Positions 39,413 to 49,375 of a DNA stretch of 64,000 nucleotides are shown here, in pieces. A model generated the notes under the pieces. It had not been told where the DNA came from, did not search any database, and saw nothing but the letters and a program-made list of their open reading frames with translations. This DNA is from a bacterium. GTDB taxonomy: Bacteria; JAAXHH01. The stretch spans positions 3,073,476 to 3,137,475 of the forward strand of contig OZ241920.1 of assembly GCA_965203885.1 (NCBI GenBank). The letters run 5' to 3'. Each line of letters begins with the position of its first letter. Positions within the stretch are counted from its first letter, which is position 1. The position numbers were made by a program, and so were the translations under genes.

Positions 39413-41008
39413 CTATTCGATCCGCTTGATGATGTGAAAACCCATGGACGTCTCGACGACCGCGCTCAGTTCACCGACTTGCAGTCCCATCGCGGCCCGC
39501 TCGAATTCCGGGATCATCTCGCCCGGACCGAAGAACCCGAGGTCGCCTCCGACGTTCCGGCTCGAATCGATGGAGGTCTCCCGGGCCAGTTCGACAAAAT
39601 CGGCGCCGGCCTCCAGCCGTTCCATCACGGCCTGCGCTTCCGCCTGCGTGGCGACGACGATCTGGCGGACGCGTATCTTGTTGGATTCGATGGCCTTCGT
39701 CCTCTCCTCCACGACCCGCCTGACCCGGCTCAACGCGGCCTTCAGCGGCGCGTTTTCCGGCGCGAGGGCGAGGGCCTGTTCGTACTGGGCAATCGCCTGG
39801 CCGAATTCTTCCCGCCGTTCGTGTATCATGGCGGTTTCCGCGTAAATGCGGGGGTCTCTCGCGCCCATTTCGAGTATCTCCCCGTAGTACTCCAGGGCAT
39901 CGGAAAAGCGGCCTTCGGCGAAGGCGAGGCGGGCCAGCGCCACGCGCGGAACCACCGACTGCCCGCCGACCTCCAGGGCCCGTTCCCAGACCGCGCGCGT
40001 GCTGTCCGGCTGGTCCTTGTTCTGGTAGGCGGTCCCCAGGTTCATGTAGGCGTCCATGTAGTCCGGCGCGAGTTCGACGGCCCGCTTCCATTCCACGATC
40101 GCGTCGTCGACCCGATCCATGTTCAAGTATGAAACGCCGAGATTGAGATGGATCCTGGGCAACTGGTCTTCCGGGGGAGACAGGGTGAGCACCTTCTCGT
40201 AGGTATCGGCCGCCTTTTCGAATTCCTCGGTATCGGTATATACCTTGCCGAGATTCGTGTAGGCGTCGACGTAGGAGGAATCGTCCTCGATGGCCTGCCG
40301 GTAGTGGTGGATCGCTTCGTCGAGATACCCGCCCTGGTTGTACACGAACGCCATGGCGGTATGGGCCGCGGCCAGTTCCGGCGGCCCCTCCATCATCCTG
40401 TCGTACTGGGTCCGGGCCCAGGCGTAGACCGTATCGGTGGGAACGATCGTCATGCGCGCGATGCTGAGCGTATCGCCCTCCACGGTCTTCTTGAACGCAT
40501 CCAGCGCCGCGTTCATGTCCCCCCTGGCGTGATGTACCAGGCCGAGCGTAAGGTAGGCGGCGGCAAAGCCTGGCGCGACCTCCAGGGCGTGTTCGATATG
40601 GACCTGGGCGCTGTCGATCTCTCCCTGCGCATAGTACACGGCGCCCAGGTTGTTCTTCGCGAGGGCGACGGCGGCCAGGAACTGCTGCAGCGCCGCCTGC
40701 TGCCGCTGCTCGGGCGTCAGGGTGGTGTCCGGTTCCGCGCCTTCCCCGGCGGCCGCGCCGGACTGGCCGACCGGGATCAATCCGGCGGGCGCGGGGGTCT
40801 GCTGCGCATCGGTCCCGGCAGAAGTCTGGGTCTCGGCTTCGGTAGACGCCTGGGCGCCGGCCTCGGCAGAAGTCTGCGTATCGGCCTCGGCAGACGTCTG
40901 GGCGCCGGCCGGAGCAACCCAGAATATGCAGAGAAAAAGGACGCTAAGGGCCGGCGTCAGGACCGTACGAAACGGTGCGCCGCCCCGTGCATGGTTGCTT
41001 AAGCTCAT
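39413..41008 (-). CDS. secreted TPR-repeat protein fused to a C-terminal PpiC-type (parvulin) peptidyl-prolyl isomerase domain
   Basis: Signal/TM 'ALSVLFLCIFWVAPAGAQ'; 'TSAEA(D/G/E)TQ' repeats; multiple TPR-like helices; C-terminal 'GGDLGFFGPGEMIPEFERAAMGLQVGELSAVVETSMGFHIIKR' parvulin signature. Confidence 0.75.
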   Translation of the reverse strand: MSLSNHARGGAPFRTVLTPALSVLFLCIFWVAPAGAQTSAEADTQTSAEAGAQASTEAETQTSAGTDAQQTPAPAGLIPVGQSGAAAGEGAEPDTTLTPEQRQQAALQQFLAAVALAKNNLGAVYYAQGEIDSAQVHIEHALEVAPGFAAAYLTLGLVHHARGDMNAALDAFKKTVEGDTLSIARMTIVPTDTVYAWARTQYDRMMEGPPELAAAHTAMAFVYNQGGYLDEAIHHYRQAIEDDSSYVDAYTNLGKVYTDTEEFEKAADTYEKVLTLSPPEDQLPRIHLNLGVSYLNMDRVDDAIVEWKRAVELAPDYMDAYMNLGTAYQNKDQPDSTRAVWERALEVGGQSVVPRVALARLAFAEGRFSDALEYYGEILEMGARDPRIYAETAMIHERREEFGQAIAQYEQALALAPENAPLKAALSRVRRVVEERTKAIESNKIRVRQIVVATQAEAQAVMERLEAGADFVELARETSIDSSRNVGGDLGFFGPGEMIPEFERAAMGLQVGELSAVVETSMGFHIIKRIE

Positions 41009-41041
41009 ATGCCACCGCCTTCCGGTATGGATCACTATATC

Positions 41042-41193
41042 GGTCCCGCGCTTCATCTCAGCGGCTCCGCGTCTCTTCTGGTCCCGCGCTTCGTCTCAGC
41101 GGCTCCGCGTCTCATCTGGACCCGCGCTTCCTCTCAACGGCTCCGCGTCTCTTCTGGTTCCCCGCTTCGTCTCAACGGCTCCGCGTCTCCTCA
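41042..41193. repeat. 38-bp direct tandem repeat x4 (ggtcccgcgcttcgtctcagcggctccgcgtctc(t/a)tct-like)
   Basis: Four units starting at 41042, 41080, 41118, 41156 read directly; no unique spacers between units. Confidence 0.9.
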
Positions 41194-42515
41194 GGTTCCA
41201 GCTCGCACAAAATCTCCAGGGCCTCGCCCACCAGCGCGAAACATCCGGTCACGAGGACCAGGTCGTCCGGTTGCGCCAGGGCCTTCGCCTCCGCGACGGC
41301 TTCCGCGACGGACGGCGCCGTCCGCGACGGCGTTCCAAGCGCCGCGCAGGCCGCCGCCACTTCCGCGGGACCGGCCTGCCGGCTTCTGAGTACCCGCCGC
41401 TCGGGGACGAGGATCTCGTCGGCGTATTGCGCGATGACCCGGCACAACGCGCCCACCGCCTTGTCGCGGTGCGCGGACAACACGACGATGACGCGGCGGG
41501 CCGGGAAGAGCCGGCGCAGGCTGGCCGTCAGGTTCTCCGCCGCCAGCACGTTGTGAGCGACGTCCAGTACCAGCCAGGGGCCGCTCCGGATCAGCTGCAT
41601 GCGTCCCGGCAACCGTACCGTCGAGAGGCCGCGGCGTACCCCATCGGCCGTTATTTCCATGCCCCGCTTCGCCAGGGCCTCCGCCACGCCCACGGCCACG
41701 GCCGCGTTGCCGGCCTGAAAAGCGCCGGACAGCGGGAGCGTGACCCCTTCGTACGACCCGCCGGCCGTCTCGATATCCACCACCTGCCGGCCCACCGCTT
41801 CTTCCCGGAGGGCGTACCGCACGTCGACGCCCGCCTCCACGAGGGGGCTCGACCGGAGCCGGCAGGCCTCCCGGATCACTTCCGATGCCTGCGGCGGCTG
41901 GGCGGCGGAAACGGTGCAGGCGCCTTCCTTTACGATCCCGGCTTTCTCGCGGGCGATCTCCGCAATCGTCTCGCCGAGGCGGTCCGTGTGGTCCAGCCCT
42001 ATGGGCGTAATCGCGCAGGCCATCGGCTGGATCACGTTGGTCGAATCCAGCCGCCCGCCGAGACCGCACTCGACCACCGCCAGGTCCACCCGGCGTTCCT
42101 TAAAATACACAAAGGCCAGGGCCGTGAGTATATCAAAAAACGAACCCATGCCCTCCGGCCGCAGCCGGGTTCCTTCGATGGCCGGACGCGCGCGTTCGGT
42201 CAGTCCGGCGAACGCGCGTTCGGTGATGGGCTCGCCGTCGACCTGGATGCGTTCGCGCAGCGACACCAGGTGGGGCGACGTGTACAGGCCCACGCGGTAG
42301 CCGCTTTCGCGGAGGATGGACGCGATCATGACGGCGGTGGACCCCTTCCCCTTGGTCCCCGCCACGTGTACCGATTTCCAATGCCGTTCGGGATGGCCGA
42401 GGGCTTCCGTCAGCGCGGAAATGCCCGCCAGGTCCATGCGTTCCGGCGCGGCGCCCGGCATCTTTTCGAAATCCACGAAGTCGTAGAGATAGTCCAGCGC
42501 CTCTTTGAAGGTCAT
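41172..42515 (-). CDS. folC: bifunctional folylpolyglutamate synthase / dihydrofolate synthase
   Basis: 'HVAGTKGKGST' Mur-ligase P-loop, 'TSPHL', FolC length. Confidence 0.88.
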   Translation of the reverse strand: MTFKEALDYLYDFVDFEKMPGAAPERMDLAGISALTEALGHPERHWKSVHVAGTKGKGSTAVMIASILRESGYRVGLYTSPHLVSLRERIQVDGEPITERAFAGLTERARPAIEGTRLRPEGMGSFFDILTALAFVYFKERRVDLAVVECGLGGRLDSTNVIQPMACAITPIGLDHTDRLGETIAEIAREKAGIVKEGACTVSAAQPPQASEVIREACRLRSSPLVEAGVDVRYALREEAVGRQVVDIETAGGSYEGVTLPLSGAFQAGNAAVAVGVAEALAKRGMEITADGVRRGLSTVRLPGRMQLIRSGPWLVLDVAHNVLAAENLTASLRRLFPARRVIVVLSAHRDKAVGALCRVIAQYADEILVPERRVLRSRQAGPAEVAAACAALGTPSRTAPSVAEAVAEAKALAQPDDLVLVTGCFALVGEALEILCELEPEETRSR

Positions 42516-42519
42516 ACGC

Positions 42520-43737
42520 TCATCCCGTACCCGTCAGGGTCTTCGCATACTCGAAGGGGCGCGACACCGCCCTGCGTCGCAACGCGCCGAATCGCCTCCG
42601 CGCCGGGGCGGAAACGTCCGCGCTGTCGGCGATGCGCTTGAACACGTTCCTGCCGGGGCGGGCGTTGACTTCGATGATCCAGGGCGTGCCGCCGGCGTCC
42701 GGCACGATATCGAGTCCCACCTCCCCGATGGGCCCGAGTTCCGCCTCCATCCGTCCCCATGCCGCGAAGGACGCCTCCGCCGCGTCGCGCAGGACCTTCT
42801 CGCGGGCGGACCGGCCGTACAGCGCGTCGAGCACGGGTTCCGCCTCTTCGGAACGGGCGCCGTTGCTCAGGTTGGACGTTGGGCCGCCCGTCTGGCTGAC
42901 GCGGGCCGCCAGGCCGGTCAGGATACACTTCGAACGGCCGTTCTTCTGCATCAGCAACCGCAGGTCGAACCGCGGGAAACGCCTCCGGCCCGGGGGTTCG
43001 GCCGCGATCCCCTGCTGCACCAGGCAGTCGGGGGATCCCGCGGCGCCCTGTCCCGCCAGCTCCATGATCCGGTCCCTCGCCGGCCGCGCGCCGCGTATCT
43101 CGTAGGTCGCGGCCAGCGTCCGTATGACGTGGCGTCCGTCCCCGTACCGGACGACCTCGATGACGCCCGTGCCCTGGGACCCCGCCCTCGGCTTGATGTA
43201 CACGTGATCGTAGCGGAACAGAAAGGCCCGCAGCGACTGCTCGTCGAGCAGGGCGGTCCGCGGCACGGGGAGGCCGCCGCCGGCCAGGCGCCGGTACGTC
43301 TCCAGCTTGTCCGCCGCCAGTCGGATGAAGGTGAGGGGGTTCACGAAGGAGATACCGGCCCGGTCGAACAGGTCCCGCGCCCGCTCCGCCGCGACGGATC
43401 CGGCCGGATCGACCACGGGCGCGCGGTCGTAGATGACCGCCGGAAAGGGCTCGCGGCCGCATTCGACCCACCTGCCGTCCACGACCGTGGCCGGCTTTAC
43501 CGTGCCCTGCCCGGGGTCCACGTCCGTCGCGTCGAACACCACCGCGCGCAGGCCGAGCTTCGCCGCGGCCTGGCAGCACTCCGCGAAAAACCCCGTGGGC
43601 GGGCCGAAGGGACGGCCTGCCTCGTCGGGCGCGCGGCGGCTCAGGATGCCCACGGTCGCCACGGCCGGCTTCAGGATGCCCACGGTCGCCACGGCCGGCT
43701 TCCGGTCCCGCGTGTTCGCGGTTTCCTTCGTCTTCAT
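42520..43737 (-). CDS. YheC/YheD family ATP-grasp protein (RimK/tubulin-tyrosine-ligase-like ligase)
   Basis: 'VGIL' N-terminal motif duplicated (KPAVATVGIL x2, from a 27-bp direct repeat); 'DHVYIKPRAGSQGTGV', 'LDIVPDAGGTPWIIEVNARPG' ATP-grasp C-terminal region. Confidence 0.6.
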   Translation of the reverse strand: MKTKETANTRDRKPAVATVGILKPAVATVGILSRRAPDEAGRPFGPPTGFFAECCQAAAKLGLRAVVFDATDVDPGQGTVKPATVVDGRWVECGREPFPAVIYDRAPVVDPAGSVAAERARDLFDRAGISFVNPLTFIRLAADKLETYRRLAGGGLPVPRTALLDEQSLRAFLFRYDHVYIKPRAGSQGTGVIEVVRYGDGRHVIRTLAATYEIRGARPARDRIMELAGQGAAGSPDCLVQQGIAAEPPGRRRFPRFDLRLLMQKNGRSKCILTGLAARVSQTGGPTSNLSNGARSEEAEPVLDALYGRSAREKVLRDAAEASFAAWGRMEAELGPIGEVGLDIVPDAGGTPWIIEVNARPGRNVFKRIADSADVSAPARRRFGALRRRAVSRPFEYAKTLTGTG

Positions 43738-43740
43738 GAT

Positions 43741-44823
43741 CTAAGCGGACCGGGTGGGACGGACCGCACGGACCGCACGGACCGCATGGACCGGACGGGC
43801 CATCCGTTTCACTTCGTCCAGTGTCGACCAGGTCATGTCGCCCCGTTCCGAAAAGGACAGGGCGGACAGCGCGGTGCCGTAGGAGAGTCCGGCGGGGAGA
43901 TCCTCCCGCAGCAGGCCGTACAGCAGGCCGGCGTCGAAGGCGTCCCCGGCGCCGAGGCGGTCGACCGGTTCCACCGCGTAGGGCTTCGTGTAGAGGAAGC
44001 CCGTCTCCGCGGACCAGCCCACGGCCCCGCCTTCGGCCAGCGTAAGCACGACGATCCCGTTCCCGAACCGGCCGTGAAAGGCTTCGATCGTCGCCTCCGG
44101 CGCGCCGTCCCATCCGAAGATCAACGCCGCGTCGGCGGCGGTCGACACCAGGACGTCGACCTGGCCCAGCAGGGATTCCAGGACCTCGCGGGCCCGTTCC
44201 TGCGTCCACAGCTTGGCCCGGTAGTTGATGTCGAACGACGTCCGGTACCCGCCCTCCGCCCGGCCGCCGAGGACCCGGGCGACGGTCTCGAGGCACGACG
44301 GGCCCAGGGACGCCGTGATGCCGGAGGTATGCACGATCCGGGCGCCGGACCGCAGCGCCCTTTCCACCACCTCGGGCGTCATTCCGGTCGCGGCGGAACC
44401 GGCGCGGTCGTAGACGACCCGGCTGCCTCTCGGCGGCGTGCCGGGTTCGAGAAAGAATACGCCGGCCCGACTGGGCCGACTGGGCCGCTCGCGCTGCTCC
44501 TGCTGATCGGGCCGCTCGGGCCGACTGGCCCGAGCGGGCTGCTCCGGCTGCTCAGCCCGCCCGGCCCGCCCATCAACCCAGGCCACGTGGGACGTGTCCA
44601 CGCCGTGGAGGGCCAGGCGGGAGGCGATCCAACGCCCGGCGGGATGATCGGGGAGGGCGGAGACCCAGGCCACGCCGGCGCCCATCCTGGCCAGGGCCGC
44701 CGCCATGTTGGACTCCGTGCCCGCCGCGTCGGCCCGCAGGTAATCGGCCTGTTCCAGCATCTCGCCGTCCACCGGCGAAAACCGGATCATCGTCTCGCCG
44801 AACGTAACGACATCGTAACGCAT
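43741..44823 (-). CDS. PfkB family carbohydrate kinase (2-keto-3-deoxygluconate kinase-like) with internal low-complexity insertion
   Basis: Start 'MRYDVVTFGETMIRF' (cat at 44821-44823); 'LGAGDAFDAGLLYGLL' PfkB signature 2; insert 'PEQPARASRPERPDQQEQRERPSRPSR'; upstream in-frame Met codons of ORF 43741-44994 are unlikely starts. Confidence 0.75.
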   Translation of the reverse strand: MRYDVVTFGETMIRFSPVDGEMLEQADYLRADAAGTESNMAAALARMGAGVAWVSALPDHPAGRWIASRLALHGVDTSHVAWVDGRAGRAEQPEQPARASRPERPDQQEQRERPSRPSRAGVFFLEPGTPPRGSRVVYDRAGSAATGMTPEVVERALRSGARIVHTSGITASLGPSCLETVARVLGGRAEGGYRTSFDINYRAKLWTQERAREVLESLLGQVDVLVSTAADAALIFGWDGAPEATIEAFHGRFGNGIVVLTLAEGGAVGWSAETGFLYTKPYAVEPVDRLGAGDAFDAGLLYGLLREDLPAGLSYGTALSALSFSERGDMTWSTLDEVKRMARPVHAVRAVRAVRPTRSA

Positions 44824-44885
44824 TCGGTCCGACCGGCCGGAAAGGGAAGATGACATGTTCGGATGGATGGGGCGGGCGCGGCGCT

Positions 44886-45854
44886 TCAGGCGTAATGACA
44901 GGCCACCCAGTGGCCGCTTTCGTTCTGTTTGAGTTCCGGCTCGTGCACGGCGCAGTCGTCCTTCGCGATGGGGCAGCGTGGATGAAAACGGCAACCGGAG
45001 GGCGGGTCGACCGGACTGGGCACGTCGCCCGTGAGTTGAATGCGCTGTTTCTGGCGCCGCTTGCTGATCTCCGGGACGGCGGACAGCAGGCTCTGCGTAT
45101 AGGGGTGCTGGGCGTTGTTCGTCACCTCGTCGGTCCGCCCCGCCTCGATGAGCTTGCCCAGGTACATGACCCCGATGCGGTCGCTGATGTGGGCGACGAC
45201 GGCCAGGTTGTGGGCGATGAACATGTAGGTCAGGTTCAACTCGTCCTGCAGGTCCTGGAGCAGGTTCAGGATCTGGACCTGGATGGACACGTCCAGGGCG
45301 GACACGGGCTCGTCGCAGATGATGAGGCTCGGGTTCAGCGCGATGGCCCGGGCGATGCCGATACGCTGGCGCTGGCCGCCGCTGAACTCGTGGGGATAGC
45401 GGTCCACGTAGGCTTCGCTCAGTCCGACCATCTCGAGCAGGCTGACCAGCCTCGCCCTTCGTTCTTCCCGTCTGCCCACGCGATGGATGTCGAGGGGCTC
45501 CTGCACGATGTTCCCCACCGTCATGCGCGGGTCCAGGGAGGCGTAGGGGTCCTGGAAGATCATCTGAAGCCGCTTGCGGACGGGCTTCAGCTCGTCTTCG
45601 GACATGTCCGCCAGGTCGTTGCTCTCGAAGAGGACCCTCCCCGCCGTGGGCCGGTAGAGCTGCAGGACCGTCAGGCCGAGGGTGGACTTTCCGCAGCCGC
45701 TTTCTCCCACCAGCCCGAAGGTCTCGCCCCGGTCGATGGAAAAGGAAACGCCGTCCAGCGCCCGCACGGTACCGCCTTCTTCCTTGCGGCCCAGCCCTTC
45801 TTCCAGTTCGAAGTGCTTTACCAGGTTATCCAGTTGCAGCAGGGGCTCGTTCAA
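44886..45854 (-). CDS. ABC transporter ATP-binding protein, OppF/DppF type
   Basis: 'GESGCGKST', 'LSGGQRQR', C-terminal oligopeptide-type Cys-rich extension. Confidence 0.88.
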   Translation of the reverse strand: MNEPLLQLDNLVKHFELEEGLGRKEEGGTVRALDGVSFSIDRGETFGLVGESGCGKSTLGLTVLQLYRPTAGRVLFESNDLADMSEDELKPVRKRLQMIFQDPYASLDPRMTVGNIVQEPLDIHRVGRREERRARLVSLLEMVGLSEAYVDRYPHEFSGGQRQRIGIARAIALNPSLIICDEPVSALDVSIQVQILNLLQDLQDELNLTYMFIAHNLAVVAHISDRIGVMYLGKLIEAGRTDEVTNNAQHPYTQSLLSAVPEISKRRQKQRIQLTGDVPSPVDPPSGCRFHPRCPIAKDDCAVHEPELKQNESGHWVACHYA

Positions 45855-45875
45855 CGCGTCCTCCGGGATGGCATG

Positions 45876-45950
45876 CGGCCGGCGTCGGTGCGGCCGGCGT
45901 CGGTGCGACCGGCGTCGGTGCGGCCGGCGTCAGTACAGCCGGCGTCAGTA
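45876..45950. repeat. 15-bp tandem repeat x5 (gcggccggcgtcggt then acagccggcgtcagt variants) between the two ABC ATPase genes
   Basis: Read directly at 45876-45950. Confidence 0.85.
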
Positions 45951-46925
45951 CAGCCAGCAGGCGCAGTCGTGTTCCCGCGCCACGTCCTTCAGTTCCGGGT
46001 CGTCCCCGCACAGGTCGAAACGGCTGGGGCACCGCGGCGCGAACCGGCAGCCGGCGGGCAGCTGGATCAGGTTCGGCGGCACGCCGTCGATGGGTTCCAT
46101 GCGTTCCTTCACCGTCGGGCCGAGCTTGGGCACGGACTGGAGCAGGCCGTGCGTGTAAGGGTGCTTCGGGTCGTCGAGCAGCGTGTCCACCGGGCCCGAT
46201 TCGATGATCCGGCCGGCGTACATGACGATCACCCGGTCGCACACCTCGCCCACGACCCCGAGATCGTGGGTGATGATGACGACCGACATGTTCAGTTCTT
46301 CCTGGAGCTTCATCATCAGTTCCAGGATCTGCGCCTGGATGGTCACGTCCAGCGCCGTGGTCGGCTCGTCGGCGATGAGCAGCTTGGGGTTGCACGCGAT
46401 GGCCATGGCGATCATCACGCGCTGCCTCATCCCCCCGCTGAACTGGTGGGGGTAGTCGTTGAGGCGCTGCTCCGGGCTCGGGATGTTGACCATCTGCAGC
46501 AGTTCGATGCTGCGGTCCGTCGCCTCCTTCTTGTCGAGGCCGAGATGGAGCTGGAGGGGCTCCCGAAGCTGCCATCCGATGGTCAGTACCGGGTTGAGGG
46601 ACGTCATCGGGTCCTGGAACACCATGGAGACGATATTGCCCCGGATCTCCTGCATTTCGGGTTCAGAGACGGTCCGCAGGTCGACCGCGGGCTGGTCGGC
46701 GCCGGGCCGGAACAGGATGTTGCCGTTGACGATGCGGCCCGGGGGACTCGGGATGAGCCGCATGATGGAAAGCACCGTGGCGCTCTTGCCGCATCCGCTC
46801 TCCCCCACGATGCCCACCGTTTCCCCTTCCGCCACGTCGAAACTGACGTCGTCCACGGCCCGCACCGCGCCGCCGCGGGTGAGGAAGTGGGTCGAAAGGT
46901 TCTCAACCTTCAGTAAGGGTTCCAT
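45945..46925 (-). CDS. ABC transporter ATP-binding protein, OppD/DppD type
   Basis: '[10 protein letters not shown]', 'FSGGMRQR', oligopeptide-type C-terminal extension. Confidence 0.88.
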   Translation of the reverse strand: MEPLLKVENLSTHFLTRGGAVRAVDDVSFDVAEGETVGIVGESGCGKSATVLSIMRLIPSPPGRIVNGNILFRPGADQPAVDLRTVSEPEMQEIRGNIVSMVFQDPMTSLNPVLTIGWQLREPLQLHLGLDKKEATDRSIELLQMVNIPSPEQRLNDYPHQFSGGMRQRVMIAMAIACNPKLLIADEPTTALDVTIQAQILELMMKLQEELNMSVVIITHDLGVVGEVCDRVIVMYAGRIIESGPVDTLLDDPKHPYTHGLLQSVPKLGPTVKERMEPIDGVPPNLIQLPAGCRFAPRCPSRFDLCGDDPELKDVAREHDCACWLY

Positions 46926-46952
46926 GGGTCCATGCTTCCCGTCATTACGCGC

Positions 46953-49040
46953 TCAGTCTTCTTCCAGGGCCTTGGCTTCTTCGATGACCTTGTTCTCGAT
47001 TTCCTTGGGCATTTCCTCGTAGCGGACGAATTTGCGCGCGTGGCTGCCGCGGCCGTGGGTAATGGACCGCAGCACGGTCGAGTACCGGTACAGTTCGGCC
47101 AGCGGCACTTCGGCCCGCACCACCTGGTTGCTGCCCCGGGGGGACATGCCCAGGATGCGGCCGCGCCGGCTGGAAAGATCGCCCATGACGTCGCCCATGT
47201 AGTCCTCGGGGACGACCACGTCCACTTCGTAGATCGGCTCGAGCAGGACGGGGCGGGCTTCCATGAAGGCCTTCTTGAACCCCATGGACGCGGCGACCTT
47301 GAAGGCCATTTCGGATGAATCGACCGTGTGGAACGAACCATCGTACAGCGTGGCCTTCAGGTCGACCACGGGATACTTGGCCATCACGCCCTCCACCATG
47401 GCCTCCTGGATGCCCTTGTCCACCGCCGGGATGAACCGGCTGGGGACGGCGCCGCCCACGATGCCGTTGTCGAATTCGTATCCTTCGCCGCGCTGCCTGG
47501 GTTCCACGCGCAGCCAGACGTCGCCGAACTGCCCGCGTCCCCCGCTCTGCCGCTTGAACCGGCCCTGGGCCTCGGACCGGCCCTTGATCGCCTCGCGGTA
47601 GGGGATGCGCGGCTGCACCATCTCGACTTCCACGCCGAAACGGCGGCTGAGCCGCTCCACGATGAGGTCCAGGTGCATTTCCCCGGCGCCGGCCAGGATC
47701 AGTTGCCTGATCTCGCTGTTGTACCGGAAGGTAAAGGAAGGATCCTCTTCGTGCAACCGGGACAGGCCGGTGCTGATCTTCTCCTCGTCGTCCTTGCTCT
47801 TCGGCAGGATGGCCACGTTCGCCACGGGCTCGGAGAATTCCACCCAGGCCACGTCGAAGGCTTTCTGCCGGATGCACAGTCCGTCGCCGGTGTGGGTGTC
47901 CTTCAGTTTAACGGTCGCCCCGATCTCGCCGGCGCGGATGGCGTTCAGCTCATGCCGCTCGTGGCCGTTGGTCTGGTAGATCTGCCCGAACCGTTCCGAC
48001 GTGTTCTTGGACGAGTTGTACACGTCGCCGCCGTGCTTGATCTCGCCGGAGAACACCCGGAAATAGGTGAGTTCCCCGATGTGGGCCTCGGAGACCGTCT
48101 TGAATACCAGGGCGGCCAGGGGGCCGGACGGGTCCGGATCGAGGGCGACTTCCTCGCCGTCGCCCGAGCGGGTGACCGTCACCGGCGGGCGGTCCGCCGG
48201 AGAGACCATGAACGCGGCCGCCGCGTCCATCACGCCGGAGACCCCGACGTTTGCCGAGGCGCAGGTCGCCAGGACGGGGAAGACGGCGCCTTCCCGCACG
48301 CCTTTGCGCAACCCCTCCAGGAGCTGCTCGTCGGTGAGCGCGCCTTCTTCGAAGTAGACCTCGAGCAGTTCGTCGTCGGATTCCGCCACCGATTCCACGA
48401 GCTTTTCGCGGTATTCGTCCGCCTGGCCGGAGACCTCGCCGGGGATCGCCGACCGGGTCCCCTTGCCGTCGCCGCCCGCGAAGGTCACCGCTTCCATGGC
48501 GACCAGGTCGACGACGCCGGAGAAGCCCTCGCCTTCGCCGATCGGGATCTGGACCGGGACGGCCTGCGTGCCGAACCGTTCCTGGATGCGGCCGAGCGCG
48601 TCGTAGAAGTCGGCGTGCTCCTTGTCCAGCTGATTGATGACCACCATGCGGGGCAGGCCGTACTGTTCCGCGTACTCCCAGGCGCGCTCCGTCTCCACCT
48701 CGATGCCTTCGATGGCCTTGACCACGACGGCCACGTTGTCCGTGACGCGCATCGCGCAGTGGACCTCGCTGGTGAAATCGGAATAGCCCGGCGTGTCGAG
48801 GATATGGAGGTTGTGGTCGTTCCACTCGCAGTGCAGCGGCGTGAGGTTCATGGAAATGCGGTGTTCGATCTCTTCCTCGCGGTAGTCCGATACCGTGTTG
48901 CCGTCCTCCACGCTCCCGAGCCGGGTCGTGGCGCCGGCGTTGAAGAGCATGGCTTCCGCCAGGGAGGTCTTGCCGCTTCCCCCGTGGCCCGCAAGGCAGA
49001 TATTCCTTATTTTTTCGATGTTGTATTCCTTCACGAACAC
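46953..49040 (-). CDS. elongation factor G paralogue (EF-G II-like translational GTPase) with non-canonical G1 motif
   Basis: Five-domain EF-G architecture (695 aa); G1 reads 'AGHGGSGKTS' instead of canonical 'AHIDAGKTT'; 'DTPGYSDF' G3; 27 bp upstream of the OppD-like gene. Confidence 0.85.
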   Translation of the reverse strand: MFVKEYNIEKIRNICLAGHGGSGKTSLAEAMLFNAGATTRLGSVEDGNTVSDYREEEIEHRISMNLTPLHCEWNDHNLHILDTPGYSDFTSEVHCAMRVTDNVAVVVKAIEGIEVETERAWEYAEQYGLPRMVVINQLDKEHADFYDALGRIQERFGTQAVPVQIPIGEGEGFSGVVDLVAMEAVTFAGGDGKGTRSAIPGEVSGQADEYREKLVESVAESDDELLEVYFEEGALTDEQLLEGLRKGVREGAVFPVLATCASANVGVSGVMDAAAAFMVSPADRPPVTVTRSGDGEEVALDPDPSGPLAALVFKTVSEAHIGELTYFRVFSGEIKHGGDVYNSSKNTSERFGQIYQTNGHERHELNAIRAGEIGATVKLKDTHTGDGLCIRQKAFDVAWVEFSEPVANVAILPKSKDDEEKISTGLSRLHEEDPSFTFRYNSEIRQLILAGAGEMHLDLIVERLSRRFGVEVEMVQPRIPYREAIKGRSEAQGRFKRQSGGRGQFGDVWLRVEPRQRGEGYEFDNGIVGGAVPSRFIPAVDKGIQEAMVEGVMAKYPVVDLKATLYDGSFHTVDSSEMAFKVAASMGFKKAFMEARPVLLEPIYEVDVVVPEDYMGDVMGDLSSRRGRILGMSPRGSNQVVRAEVPLAELYRYSTVLRSITHGRGSHARKFVRYEEMPKEIENKVIEEAKALEED

Positions 49041-49330
49041 CCCTCCTCTTCGGGACTCCGACCGGCCACCGCGATTCAGGTTCTTTTCGTTTTGCAGGAC
49101 TTCCGGGAAAAATCCTAATATGACTGTGTACGCGTCCCGCTGTCAAGTTTTTCGGGCCGGCCGTCCGCCCCGACGGGAGCGCCGCCGCGAAAGGCGCCTG
49201 GACAGGACCGGAACACGGCGCGGAGGAGGCCGGGCCCGGACCGCGGCGCCTGCTTCAGCGGATGGCGCCTGGACAGGACCGGTGCCTGGAACGAAAGCGC
49301 CCTTCAGCACATAAGCGCCTGGACCGCAGC

Positions 49331-49370
49331 CAAAAAAGAAAAGGCGCCCGAAATGAATCGAGCGCCTTTC
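49331..49370 (-). terminator. rho-independent terminator of the rRNA operon (after 5S)
   Basis: On the minus strand: GC-rich stem (aaaggcgctcga / tcgggcgccttt) with 6-nt loop followed by a U-rich run (ttttcttttttgg) immediately 3' of the 5S rRNA. Confidence 0.75.
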
Positions 49371-49375
49371 CGGCA

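Noticed and set aside
41042-41193. 38-bp x4 repeat considered as a possible CRISPR array
   Set aside because: Units are directly contiguous with no unique spacers and no cas genes nearby; classified as a tandem minisatellite or iterated operator instead.
42512-44296. 594-aa minus-strand ORF in an alternative frame to the yheC/D and PfkB genes, plus 782-aa plus-strand ORF 42505-44853
   Set aside because: Overlapping frames with extreme Arg/Gly/Pro bias; the annotated frames show conserved ATP-grasp and PfkB motifs.
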